Shown here: one piece after another, positions 14,001-26,559 of the stretch | Layout: the number at the start of each line of letters is the position of its first letter | Position numbering within the stretch: the stretch's first letter is position 1 | Assembly (NCBI GenBank): GCA_009914755.4 | Contig: CP086569.2 | Location: forward strand, 7,616,001-7,680,000 | DNA length: 64,000 nucleotides | DNA from: the human T2T-CHM13v2.0 reference genome, Homo sapiens | Direction: 5' to 3' | Program-made: the position numbers and the translations under genes | The notes under the pieces: generated by a model | Databases searched by the model: none | What the model was told of the DNA's origin: nothing | What the model saw: the letters and a program-made list of their open reading frames with translations, nothing else

Positions 14001-17000
14001 TGAGACCATTATTAGGGCTGTGAGCTGGGTACAGAAATGGGATTCACCATCTCACCTGTAGTCAGATTCACTTATGAGAGTCACAATTTGAACTTTGGGT
14101 TGTATTGACTTGTTTGATTCAGGACCTCAACAATAAGCTTTGTAAATGTAGGATGTGAGCTAATGTTGTAAAATTCTGTGATCTTTGAACAAATGTGTAA
14201 TGGAGGACCTTAACTATTGACCAAAACCTAGGGGTGAGAGGCAAAATATCTCCTATTGGCTTAATCACACAGCGAACTTGATCATCATGTCTTTGAACTG
14301 AAGCAAGGCATATGTCATAATCTCATTTTTGGGGAAAGACTAGGCAGAAGGTTAACATCATTTAGGTGCTGTGCCAAGCAACTTATCCCAATGTCTTCTC
14401 CAGGCAGGGCCTAAGAAACGGAGTAACATTAACTGGGGGCTGGAACCCTCAATATGACACAAAACCATGTGGAAGAAACCCAGCAAACTGATCAGTGGCA
14501 AAATACATATAGAATGAGCCAAAGATGTGTCAAAATACTATCTGTGGCCCTGGCACAGAGAGAAGAGTCTCATCCTTAGGGTGCTGGGCCAAGCAATATG
14601 CCACAATTCCCTCTTTATGCATGACCTAGGCAGAAGAGTAACATTATCTGGGTGTAGGGTCCCGAAATACAGCAAAATTCCTGTTCATGGGCACTCTTTA
14701 GCAACAAGACAAGAGTCACACAACCTGAGTACTGGGCTTCTCAATATCTCACAGATCTCCGATTGTAAAAGCCCAGACAGAAGTGAGTCAAATTACTTAG
14801 ACTGTGGGTTCAAAGAGAGGACCCAATGTCTTTAGTAGGCAGGGCTAAGGCAAAAAAAGTGAATCATATCACCTAGGTGTTTTCTTTAAGTATACGTCAC
14901 AATTTAATGTGTGGGAAGAAACCAGGCTGAAGTGCCACATCACGTGGTCCTGGTTCCCAAGATATTCACAAATCCCCCTTAGAAAAGGACCCAGGCAAGA
15001 GAGTTACATCACCTAGGAGCAGGTTCCTCCCTGATGTTACAATGCTCCATGTGGGCAGCCCATGAAGGAATTCACATCATCTAGGTGATAGGCCTAGAGA
15101 TATGTCACATAACCTTCCTGAAAGCATGGCCCTGGCAAAAGAGTACCATAACCTTTGTGCCTCGTCTAGCAATATGTCACTATACAAGTGGGCAGGTTTC
15201 AAACAAAAAAGCCATATCATCTATATAATAGGCCCTGTAATATGTCATAATATTGTCTTTTATGCATGGTCGTGGAAAAAAAATCATCATTACCTGTGTG
15301 CCTTGCCTATGAATATGTCACTCTCCTGCCCTGTGTGTAGGGCCCATTCCAGAGAGGAAAGTTACATCACCTCAGTGGTGGACACATAATATGTCACAAG
15401 GTTGTCTAGGGGCAGGGAGCAGGCAAGAATGTAATGTCACCTAAGCACTGAATCCAATGATGTCACAATCCTTAATGAGATCAGGGCCCAGGCAGAAGTG
15501 TCACAAAACTTCAGTGTTGGCCCAGGTAAATATCAAAATCCTTTATGTAGGCTGGAACTAGTCTGAAGAGTGAAATCACAAAAGTGCATGGAAAAGCTTT
15601 ATATCACAGTCACGATAAAATAAAATTCTAGGGATTATTTTAAAATACCACATGTGTCTTGTTTTCATGTAGAACAGTAGCCTTTATCTTCTGTGATGGT
15701 AAAAATCTTTACAGTTAGCTAAGTGTTCATAAGAGACTCACAATTTACTCTTTATGAGAGGCCTTGTTATGACACTCTCCATAACTTAATGCCTTTATAA
15801 CTTAATGGTGTTATAAAATGTGTAAGTGTTGTAATCTTCTGTGACTTTGTTAATAGTAGGAGATGCTTGACATCACTCATGTCTCTAAACCTAGTTGTAA
15901 GAGTCAAAATTTTTCCTATTGACTGTGTCCACATATGAGAGTCATTGTCATGCCTGTTAGCTGTGTCCAGGTATATGTCACCATGCCCTCAGTGGTTATT
16001 AAACAGGGAGGACACAGCATTACCTAAATCCTAAGCCAGAAATATTCCAATGTACTCTTTGTAGGCAAGACTCTAACAGAGAAGTCACAGAATTTAGGTG
16101 CTATGCCCAGCTATATGGCATAATATCCCTTGTGGAGAGTGTCCAGGCAGGAGAAGAGAGTCATATCACCTACATGATGGATCCAGAGATATATCACAAT
16201 GCCTCCTGTTGTAATGACCCCAGAAAAGAGTCATATCATTTGGATGTAATGCTTAGAAATGCTACACTTTTCACTTTAAGCAGGGTTCAGTCAGGAGAGG
16301 AAAGTCACATAAGCTAGATGATATGTCCAGAGATATGTTATCATCCCTTCGGAGGGCATTGTTAAGACAAAAGTCAAATCACCAAAGTTTTGGCCCAGTT
16401 ATATGTAAAAATGTCTTATCTAGGCTATAAATAGGCAGGATTATTAAATCATTCAGTAGCTGGGCAAAAGTAAATGTCATAATAACACTTGTGGAAAGGT
16501 TCAGGGTTGAGAGTCACAATACTGTACATGTTGTGGTTCCTGGTACAAGAGTCATTATTATGCCTTTTATCTCGCTCACATATATGGCAGAGTATCACCT
16601 GTGGGGAGGGAGAGGAAACAAAAGGAGAGTTACACCACTTAAGTGGGTGCATGTCCAGTGAAATGTCACAATTCTCCTTGTAGGTTGGATTCTTGGAGAA
16701 GATTCAGTCAACTGGATGCTGGTTTCAGTGACATATCTAAATCCTCCCTGTTGGCAAGGCTTAGGCAGGAGAGGAGAGAAACTGCATATAGACACCTTGC
16801 CTTTATAAGTGTCAAAATGGCCCTTGTGTGTAGGATCAAGTCAGGAGAGTGACCTTACCTTGGTGCTGGGTTCAGCAATATGTCAAAGTCTCTCTGTTTG
16901 TCAGAGCCAAGGCAAGAGAGGAAACATCACCTAGGGCCTGAGCCATTTAATATGTTACAAAGCTTTTTATTGGCAGAACTCCCCTCAGAAAAGTTTCACA

Positions 17001-20000
17001 TCACCTGAGTGCAGTACCCAGTTGTATGTCACAATACACCATAAGTGTAGGGCCAAGGCAGTACAAGAAACTCACATCATTTACATGATGGACCTAGATA
17101 AAAGCCACAATGCTCTTTATAGCTAGGGTTTAGGCCAAGAGTTCACATCAGCTCACTGCTGGTACCAGTGATACATAAAATGCCCCTAGTTGCATTGCCA
17201 AAAAGTTGTTATACATTGCTTAAGTGCTGGTGCACATATGTCAGAATTTCTAGGTTTTCAGCCTAGAAAGATTACTCAAAATACTCAGATGCTGGACAAA
17301 GTCAAACTTCACAATCACACATTTGAAAATGTTCAGAAATAAATTTTACAGTCCCACACAACTGCTGGCTTTGGGTATGACAGTCAACACCTCCTATGAG
17401 TTGGGTCAAAGTAAAGGAGTCATAATCTCAACAATGGGCAAGATGCATGTGTAAAAGCCCCAACCACATTGAAGGTTGTGTTCCAGTAGGTTAGTCATGC
17501 ACCACAGGTCTGGAGAATCATGGTTTAAATGTCACCAAACCATCTGTGGATAAGACTCATGTACGACAGTAACAATGTCAAGCTTTGTCTCCTTATGTGT
17601 GTGAGATTTTGTAACTCATTTGTAGGCTCTGTTCATGTGTGAAAATTACAGCTGTGTCAGCTGAATGTGCATAATACCTAGTTGGTGGTGCCTGTTATGA
17701 CACTCTTTGTACCATGCAGATGTTATATGATACACCTGCATAGGATACTCTTGTCTGAATTTTATTGGGGGAGATCTAGGACTTCACCCATGGCCATAAA
17801 CTGGCTATGAGAGTCAAAATATCTCCCTTGGCTGGGTCCATGCATGAGAGTTATTATTGTGCATATCAGTTGAATCCAGGTATATGTTAGAATTTCATCT
17901 TTGGACTGAGACAGTATAGAAATGTCACATCATCTGGTGTCCTGAGTCAGAAATATATTAATCTTATTTTTAGGCAGCATCCAATCAGAAGAGTCATGTC
18001 ACCTGGGTACAGTCTCAAATAATATATCATCTTGACCACTGTATACAGGTTGAAAAAATAGAGGATAGTCACAGTCCCTAGGTGCTGGGCTCAGCAATAT
18101 ATTATAATTCCTTCTCATGGCAGATTCCATCACAAAGAGAAGAGTCATACCACCTAGGTTTTGCATTCAGTGGTATGTCACAATTTCTTAGGTAGGTGAG
18201 ATCCAGGCAGGAGAGGAGAGTCACATTACCTAGATGCTGTATCCAGCATAAGCTCAGTGTCCCCTGTGAGAGCGCACTGTGAGAGGAGAGACATATAACC
18301 TAGCTGATAGGCCAAGAGATATGTGACAATATCCCCTTCTGGCTGGATCCATGCAGAAGAGTCACCTTTTTATGATTCTAACCCAGCAATATTTCACAAT
18401 GCACCCACGGGAAAGAATTTAAGCCAAGAATCTCAACACTGGGGTGCTAGACTTTGTGATATAACACAATCACTTCATCTTTTAGTTGACACCTTTAACT
18501 GTTAGCTTGGTATGTATATAAGAGTCACAATCTCTTGTGTGTTCTAGGTCATCCTATGAGACTCTCTACAACATCTGAAGGATTTATCCAAAATACCTTA
18601 GAGTTGCAAGCCACTCTGAAGCCTACATACTTGTTTGACTCAAAACATACATATTGATATAAACCTTGTTATGATAATCGACAGATCTCTTATAGGCTGG
18701 TTTCAGACAGAAAACGCATTATGGTGCCTATAATCTGGGTCCAGAAATGAGTCACCATCTCATCTGTAGCAAGATCCACATATGAAAGTCACAGTTCCAT
18801 CTTTGTATTTTATTTACTTCTTAGAGTCAGAATTTCAACAGCGGGCTTTGTGAATATGGGATGCTAAAAACTTTTTCTCTCACCTGCATTTGTAATCAAG
18901 GGTCACGATTTTAATCTTTTGCTGGGCCCTGTTATAAAACACTGTGTACCACCCAAGTTTATAGAATATGAGTTAGTGTTGTAAACTTCTGTGAGCTTTG
19001 TACAAATATGAAACTCATAAACATAACTAGTGCCCTAAGCATAGTGATGAGAGGCAAAAATCTACTATTTGTGGAATGCCAATTATGTTTGATCATTATG
19101 TCACTGAGTTGAAGCAATGTAAATATCATGATCTCATTTTTAGAAAAAAACTTGTTGGAAGGGTAGCACAACTTATTTGCTGTGGCAAGCAATATGTCAC
19201 CAAACCCTCTCTAGGCAGGGTCTAGAAAGGAGGATTACATTACCTGGGTGCTGGAGTGCTAGACCCAGCAATATGACACAATCCCAAATGGGGAAAAACA
19301 AGCCCAAACAAATGAAGAGACCAAAAACGCCCACATATTGGGCCCAAGATATATAAAAATACTTTCAGTTGCTCTGGTACAAGCAGGAGAATTACACCAT
19401 GAGTGTGAGGGGCCAAGCAATATGCCATAATTGTCTCTTTCTGCAAGACCCAGGCAGAAATGGGACATCATCTGGGTGCTGTACCCTGCAATACATCAAA
19501 ATTTATTTTCATTGGCATGGTTTTGGGAAAAAAAAAAGAAGAGTCACTTTATCTAGGTATTGGACATAGCAAAACATCACACCACATCATTGTAAGGGAT
19601 CAGGTTGAATAAAAGATACACATGACATATGACACAGGCTTAGATATATGACCCAATGTCCCAAGTAGGCAGGGCTCAGTCAGAAGAGAAGAGTAATATC
19701 ACCTAGGTGCTTCCCTGGGTATATAACACAATCTAATATGTGAGGTGAATTCAAGCAGAAGAGTCACATCACTTTTATACTGGGTCCTGAGATATATCAC
19801 AATGCTCCCTTAGGACAGGACACATTTAGGAGAGTTACAACAAATAGTTACAGGTTTCAGGTTTCACATTTATGTTGCAATGCTCCATGTGGGCAGGACT
19901 CAAGCAGTGAATTATATCACGTAGACCCAGGCCAAGAGATTTGTCACAATGCCCTCTTTAGAAGTTCCTATCAAAGGAGTTCGAACACCTCTGTGCCTAG

Positions 20001-23000
20001 CACTCATACATCACTACACCACACTCTGTGCAGAGCCCAATCTAATGAGGAGAGTCATATCACCTGAGTGGCTGACAGAGTGATATGTCACAATAATTTC
20101 TGTGGGCATGGCTTAGGAAAAAAAGTAACATGATCTAGGTGCTGGATGTAATGATTTGTCATGATTCTTACTGGGAGAAAGGCCCAGGCAGGAGAGTCAT
20201 ACCACCTGAGGTTGGCCCAGGTGGGTACCACAATAACACATGTGGGCTGAAACCAGTGTAGGGATTCAAATCACACAGGTGCTTCACAAAAATTTAAATT
20301 ACAAACACACTGGCAGAACATTCCCAGGGTAAGATTTACAATAACACACATTACTTGTTTTGATAAGTGACAGTCATCTTCATATATTTGTGAAAATGAC
20401 ATTCCTTACTGTCATCTGACTCTGCATATGAGACTCACAATTTCACCTTTCTGCTGGGTTCTGTCATAAAACTCTCTGTATAAGCAGAGGACATTATAAA
20501 ATATCAGACTCTATTATAATCTTCTTTGAACTTTTTTATTACCAGAAAGAGACTGAATCACTCTTGTTTCAAAAGCAAGTTAAGAAAGTCAAAATTTCTT
20601 CTATTTGTGAGGTCTACATATGACAGTTATTATCATGCCTGTGAGATGCTTGTAAGTTGAGCATTGAAATATAAGCTCAACAAGGTACTCTTAAGGCATT
20701 AATCTGTTCCTTACCAAAATTCATAAAGAATTATAAAATGTTATTGCTTTTTACATTTCTAAGTCATCATTTTAGTTAAATATGTAATTTATGATAACCT
20801 GGAATTGTATTTCTTTACACAAGGGGTGTTTTAAACCCCTAACATGTAACATCCTTCTCAAAATCAAGCTTTAGCTACAAAATTATCTTTCTTAATTTCT
20901 GGCTTTTGGATGCTACAGAGGGCCCATGGAGTATCCACGAGAGAGTTAAACTGGATTATATGACAGGATTAATTACATAGAATTTCCAAAATGGTGTTCA
21001 ATATTCTTTAGATGATGTTTTGATGACTAATACTAACACATGTTCCAAAATTATGTGGTATTTCTAATATCTGAAGTATATGCTATTATCAACAATTAAG
21101 GTTGTTACAGTATTTTAAACCATAGAAATAATAGAAATTTTTGTCATGTTTCTGACTGTAACTACCCTGGACATTTTCTTATAAACAGATGATTGTTGTC
21201 TTGTTTTAATTTTTTATAAAAGCATTTTCTAATCAGCTGTAGATCTTTGACAGGTGCTCTCACTTGCAGGTTTCTGATAACTTTGGAGTCTGTGACACTG
21301 GCATACAGGAAAAACTTACAGGACTCTTAAAGAGCTAAAATATCCATGAATATCAAACAAAAGAAGTGTTAACTGAATGGACTGGACTAATAGAAAACTG
21401 AAGTAATCTTTTTGCCTTTTACATGAAACATTACTGATTCTTGTATTGTTTACCAGAGTCAAGGAAACAGCCATTAATATTTGAGTAAGGTGTACTCCTG
21501 TGTACACAATTTGAAACATGTTTGTCTTTCTCTGCAGGGTTTTTCCAGAATTTCAAAAATAGTTGTGAGTGTTCTTAACTTATGGCAATATAGGTGTTTG
21601 CATCAGAGCAATAATAGTCCAATTTCTTTTCCAACAGAAGAGAACTGGAGAAACTGTTTTTTTACCAAGGCCTTGACTGAAAAAGAAGCTTCCCTGTAAG
21701 GAGTCAAGTTCAACTTGCAGAGCCAAGAACACTTCGGTGGCAAAATTGGCTTCACACCTCATCTAAACAGTCCTTTAGCAGGGTTCCTTATGTGTGGTAA
21801 GTAAAGAATGACATTACTGAGAGGCCCAACAGCTCCAACTTTATGTTGGGACCATAAGGAGAGAATCACCCAACTGAAAAGTATTTGATGGTACAAACCC
21901 ATGGCTGGGGTTGACTTTAGAAAGTCCTGTCTGAAATTTCTTGTGGAACAGAGGTCCATCAAAGCCAATATAAAAGACTTATACAGAAATATTTATTCTT
22001 GCTGCACTTTATGAAAATAATAAGGTCAAGTATAAGAGTAAAGTTTGTCTTACAAACAACTCAGTCCTATCTTGATTTGTTTTTTTTAACAGAAAAGAGG
22101 ATTGGATAAAGATAATATTTCGCAATTTATTATAGATTTGTCATTATATTTTAAACGCATTGGTTTTGAATTTTTGCCTACATTTTAGAACAATCCTGCT
22201 TATTTCTGTGACTCAACTAGTGATCTTCAACTGCAGCCCCCCCGCCCCCCACACACACACAAAAGGAGTTGGTAATGTAAACATCTGGATTAACATTCTA
22301 GTTCTGGACAATTTTCCTGCAAATTCTGCAGAGTGATGGGAATAAATAAAGTGCCCACCCAAATTTTATAACTACAACGGTAGCCACTAGTTTCCTCAAT
22401 GTGTCAGTCATTCTTTTCTCTTCCTTATGGAAGAAGAACTCAATTCCACAACTTTATCTTAGCATTCAGCTCGTGATAAAGAGTCCATACAATGCCCTGA
22501 GACAAATTTTTCTCCCAACCTCAATTCCAAGCTTCTGGTTGACACTGTAGAAAAAAATAGAAAATTTGAGAAATCCAGAGGCAGGTGATAACAGAGGTAA
22601 ACAGCATGGTGCAGGTGAGCATAATTAATTTCCACTGATTAAGCCAAGCCTCTGATTTCATGGATAAAGATTATGCTACTATCCATACTATAAATGAGGT
22701 CTAGTGAACTCCAGAACTACCAACAGCAGGGGAGATAGGGAACATGTGGTTAAGAGCAGATATTTCCACCCCCCAGGCCTCCCTGTTAACACTATTCAAA
22801 GCTGCCTTGACACCCATGGGTGGCAGCCTGTTACAATCACTGGGACTTGGGTATACAAGGATTGAAGTGGGAAAAATAATATTCCTTCTCTTATAGCTCA
22901 ACATACTCTGGGAATTTGCTAGGAAGAGAAAAGAACCAGGGACACCTGCTCCTCTCTCTCTTTCTAGATAAATAGTCATTCATCTTTAGTCTATACCCAT

Positions 23001-23231
23001 TTTGAATGCATCCTGAACCCTTAGAATGCCTTTGAAAAAATGCTTACTTTTCATTTTTTCTCCTCTGTTTGCTGTTTACAGAGAGGTAATCACGTCTCCA
23101 TACTTTGGGTTGTTCCACTTCAATGCATCCTCCAAGTTTGGAAGAGTTAATTTCCAAAACATTAAACTGGATGGCTTAGGATTGGACCCAGGAGAAAAGA
23201 ACCCAGAAGACTGATATGCTGTCCAAAGGGT

Positions 23232-23263
23232 AAATTTTTGTTTGTTTGTTTGTTTGTTTGTTT
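23232..23263. repeat. (GTTT)n short microsatellite.
   Basis: gtttgtttgtttgtttgtttgtttt seen directly. Confidence 0.8.
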
Positions 23264-25104
23264 TCCCTGTTGGGCTTTTGGCATCCCTCTCCCTATGCAA
23301 ACTGGTGAAAGACCTTGAATTTTTTGAACTGTCCATTCAACTTTTCCCTTGTTTCATTTAAATACGTGTTTCTTAATTACCCAGTTTGATTCTCTTCACC
23401 TTCAGGCTATCAAACTTCAAAGAGTCACACTATCAGAGCAAGAATTCATCTTACAGGTTCTCTCAGAGGCTGGCTTCAGTTTTTTCTTCTTTTAACCCTT
23501 TGATGAGAATGCAGTGTCTTGGCTGGTGCTGGTGTATTGGAAATTGTAGATATTGTGCCTGTGCTAAGATACCTCTTATAATCTTTGTTAAAGAGCAGGT
23601 TAGCACTTTTAGAAAAACATGTGCTTTTAATATCCAGTTTACAGACTGTATGTCACCTTTATTGCCTGCTTTTGCCAAACCCATGTCTCCCTGGGTTGGC
23701 TAGGGGCACACGTTCACTGGAACCCTCAGGTAGCCTGTTGATCCTTCCTCCAATGCAAAGTGTCAGTAAGGTATCACCCAAGTTTCCTCCTAAAATGTGA
23801 TTTCAGGAGGTCACAGAAGCACATTCTGCTCTAACTTATTGACTAATTAATCAATAATTCACTTAATGTTTCAAAATGGCTGTGAACCTTGACACTCTTG
23901 ATCTCCTTCCTCTAGTAGGGCTGTATTGGTGGGAGCCATCCTGATTTATTTGTGGAAAAACTAGCAGGTAAGGCAGGGTAGGAATAGGTCAAACCACCTA
24001 GGCCGGCATCCCTCAGGGCCCTTTGAGTCCTCTGCAGGCAAGCGGGCTCAGTGGAGTTCCAGGAACTTTATCTACTTTGGTGCCCAGAGACCCTAGCTGG
24101 ACCCCCAAGACAGGACTACTCCTTCAGCAACCTGCACCTACTGGTATCTAGGAGGCGAGCATCCATTTATCTTTGTGAATGTGGCCTTCTGCTTCATTTC
24201 CATTGGTTGTTCTCTTGGAAGAAGTGCCTAGGGAATACTGGGCCTGTGTTGGAGGTTTTCTAAGTGCAAAAGTCAATAAGAAAGTCTTAAAATATAATTA
24301 TAGTATTTTCTGCATATTTCTATCTCAGAGTTACTTTTGCTCAAAAATGTGTAAAAACATATATTAAAAAATTTACCCTTCACATTATTTTAATTAAGTC
24401 ATCATACAAACCTTTATTTTCCTGAAATTTATTTTCATGCCAATCATTGAATTTTTGTTTCCTTCATTGTTTAGATTATTACCTGTTTTAGAGGCAAAAT
24501 TTAAATAAAATAATATGCTACACAAATACTAACAGATGACACCAATTTATTTAAAATGTAATAGGATTTCTTAAATGAGTAAGTAATTTCAGTAAACTTA
24601 GTTTATGTTACTTGCATAAATTATTTTACATCTTATTCTTAATATTAAGAAAAGATATTTAGGCATGCAATGCACTTGACAAATTTTTAAATTAGGCAAC
24701 TTAAAACATTGTATTGGACATGATAAGTAATACTATTCTCAAATATTTTATTTTAGATGTTAACATACCTGACAATTGATATTCATATTATCTATGAAAG
24801 TGACATTATGAACATACTTATATAGTTGCCAAAATTTAGAAGAAAAAATCTATTCTGGTCTTCAGTAGTAATATTTAAAGTTTACAAAAATGAGATTAAA
24901 TTTACTGCCTGCATTACCCACCAAAACTCAAACAGATTCATTTACTTGTTCTTTATCTTTCAGTATCTGAAAAAATATTACCAACATTACTGGGTTTTAC
25001 TACTGGCAGAAGCCGGGTTTTCATGGAGCCTGATGCAACATAACCACTCTTTATGTATCAGTAAACTGCCCAAAATCTACCCAGAACTGAAGACACATTG
25101 AAAC

Positions 25105-25330
25105 CTCCCCACCTCCCGGTTTCAAGTGATTCTCCTGCCTCAGCCTCCCGAGTAGCTTGGATTGCAGGCGCCCACCACTACACCCAAATATTTTTTTTGT
25201 TGTTGTATTTTTAGTAGAGATCGGGTTTCAGTATATTGGCCTAGCTGATCTCGAACCCCTGGTATCTGGTGATCCACCTGCCTCAGCCTCCCAAATTGCT
25301 GAGATTTCAGATGTGAGCCACCACACCCAA
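25105..25330 (-). mobile_element. Alu SINE fragment, antisense, missing its 3'-terminal ~50 bp; plus-strand left end at 25105.
   Basis: 'cctcccggtttcaagtgattctcctgcctcagcctcccgagtagcttggattgcaggcgcccaccactacacccaaatatttttttgttgttgtatttttagtagagatcgggtttc...cctgcctcagcctcccaaattgctgagatttcagatgtgagccaccacaccc'. Confidence 0.85.
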
Positions 25331-26559
25331 ACCAAAGAATGCTTTATGAAATTTTCTGAAGAGAAAATTAAATGTTATATCCACAGTTGACAACAAACGG
25401 ACAAACAAAAAATGTAGAATTAGCCCAAGATTATTCTAAGCAAAGCACAATAAGATTTTAAATAAATGAGTTTAATAGAAAGCTGAGGAAATAGAATTGC
25501 TTTCAAAATCTGTGAAGTTTTTTTATTTTGTGGTAAGTTATCGACACTTGTAAAATTATCTGTTTCATTCTAATATTTTTGTTTTCTTCTCAAAGTAGGT
25601 ACAGAGCCAAAAATAACTATGATTACTTGCTATAGATCTGTTACACACCCAAAGTTTATTTTACAGTAATATATATTTTACTTTTAAATTCACGTAAATG
25701 AAAACTAAAGGTCTTTATGTGTTTAGCAGACCAGAGATGTCACATGTTTAACAGAAAAAAGTAGAATAAAATTTTGTAAACTGTTGTTGAGAATTCAGAA
25801 GAAAGTAGCACCATTATACTGATATAATTTCCATTAGAACCATCATAATAACCTTTAGTTACAAGAAAAACATAAATTTAAGTTGTAGAAACCATATTTT
25901 CCAAATTATTTTAAGTTAAGGACCACTGACAAAAGAATCACTAGAGATGTTATTTCACTGTCACCCAATAGTATATTGTTACCATGTGTTACCTACAATC
26001 TTGAGTAATATAGGATAAGTTAACATCAGTGGCAAGACACACATTTAATGTAAAATAACCTCAACATACACACACACAAAAACTTCTGGTTAATTAGAAA
26101 AAATTAAGTCCAAGCATTGTCATTGAAAAGGTATTTTGAAATTCACTGTATTTTAATTACCTTAATTTTCAAATGGTAAAGCAATTTTCCTCTAAAATTC
26201 AAATTTTTCTGATACTATGTATAATATTATCCTGATCACTTACCACACTCCCATCATCCTGTCACTATGATACTGTTATAAACCAACCAATAATTGGACT
26301 TTTCACTTAGAAATTTCTCATGTGTCTTAGATTTCAGTTTTCTTAATCTTCCATCACAAAATATATACATTTGTACATCTAATATGGAAGAACCTCTCGT
26401 AACTCTGGTGCAGCAATCATTCTCCATGTTTTTTCACATAAATTCTAGAAATGAAGACACAGGAAGATATATAAGAGTTAAATTACATCAATATTTGCTT
26501 TTGAAAAAATATTAAATTATTTTAATATAAAAATGTTGTTTCTATTATAGGAAAGTGAT

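Larger units (their letters stand above)
1864..20655. repeat. Beta-satellite-like composite tandem array, left block. Diverged ~70-75 bp monomers organised into ~4.7-6.5 kb higher-order units.
   Basis: Hundreds of head-to-tail monomers with core '...agagtcacatcacctgggtgctgg...caatatgtcacaatgcc(c/t)ctgt.ggcagggcccaggcagg...'. 'tgtcaca' recurs about every 70-75 bp, for example at 3388, 3540 and 3612. Larger landmark blocks recur: an A block ('tgggtgtgca...gactcacaatttcacct') at about 3720, 9040, 15580 and 20280, and a B block ('actctctacaacatc...ggctttatgcaacatgcatga') at about 1890, 7140, 12130, 13860 and 18550. Confidence 0.75.

Noticed and set aside
21540-21810. Possible exon with splice-like signals ('tctctgcag|ggtttttccag...' acceptor-like; 'gtggtaagtaaag' donor-like).
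   Set aside because: Such motifs occur by chance in AT-rich DNA. There is no ORF support or conservation evidence available, so this is not a supportable gene feature.
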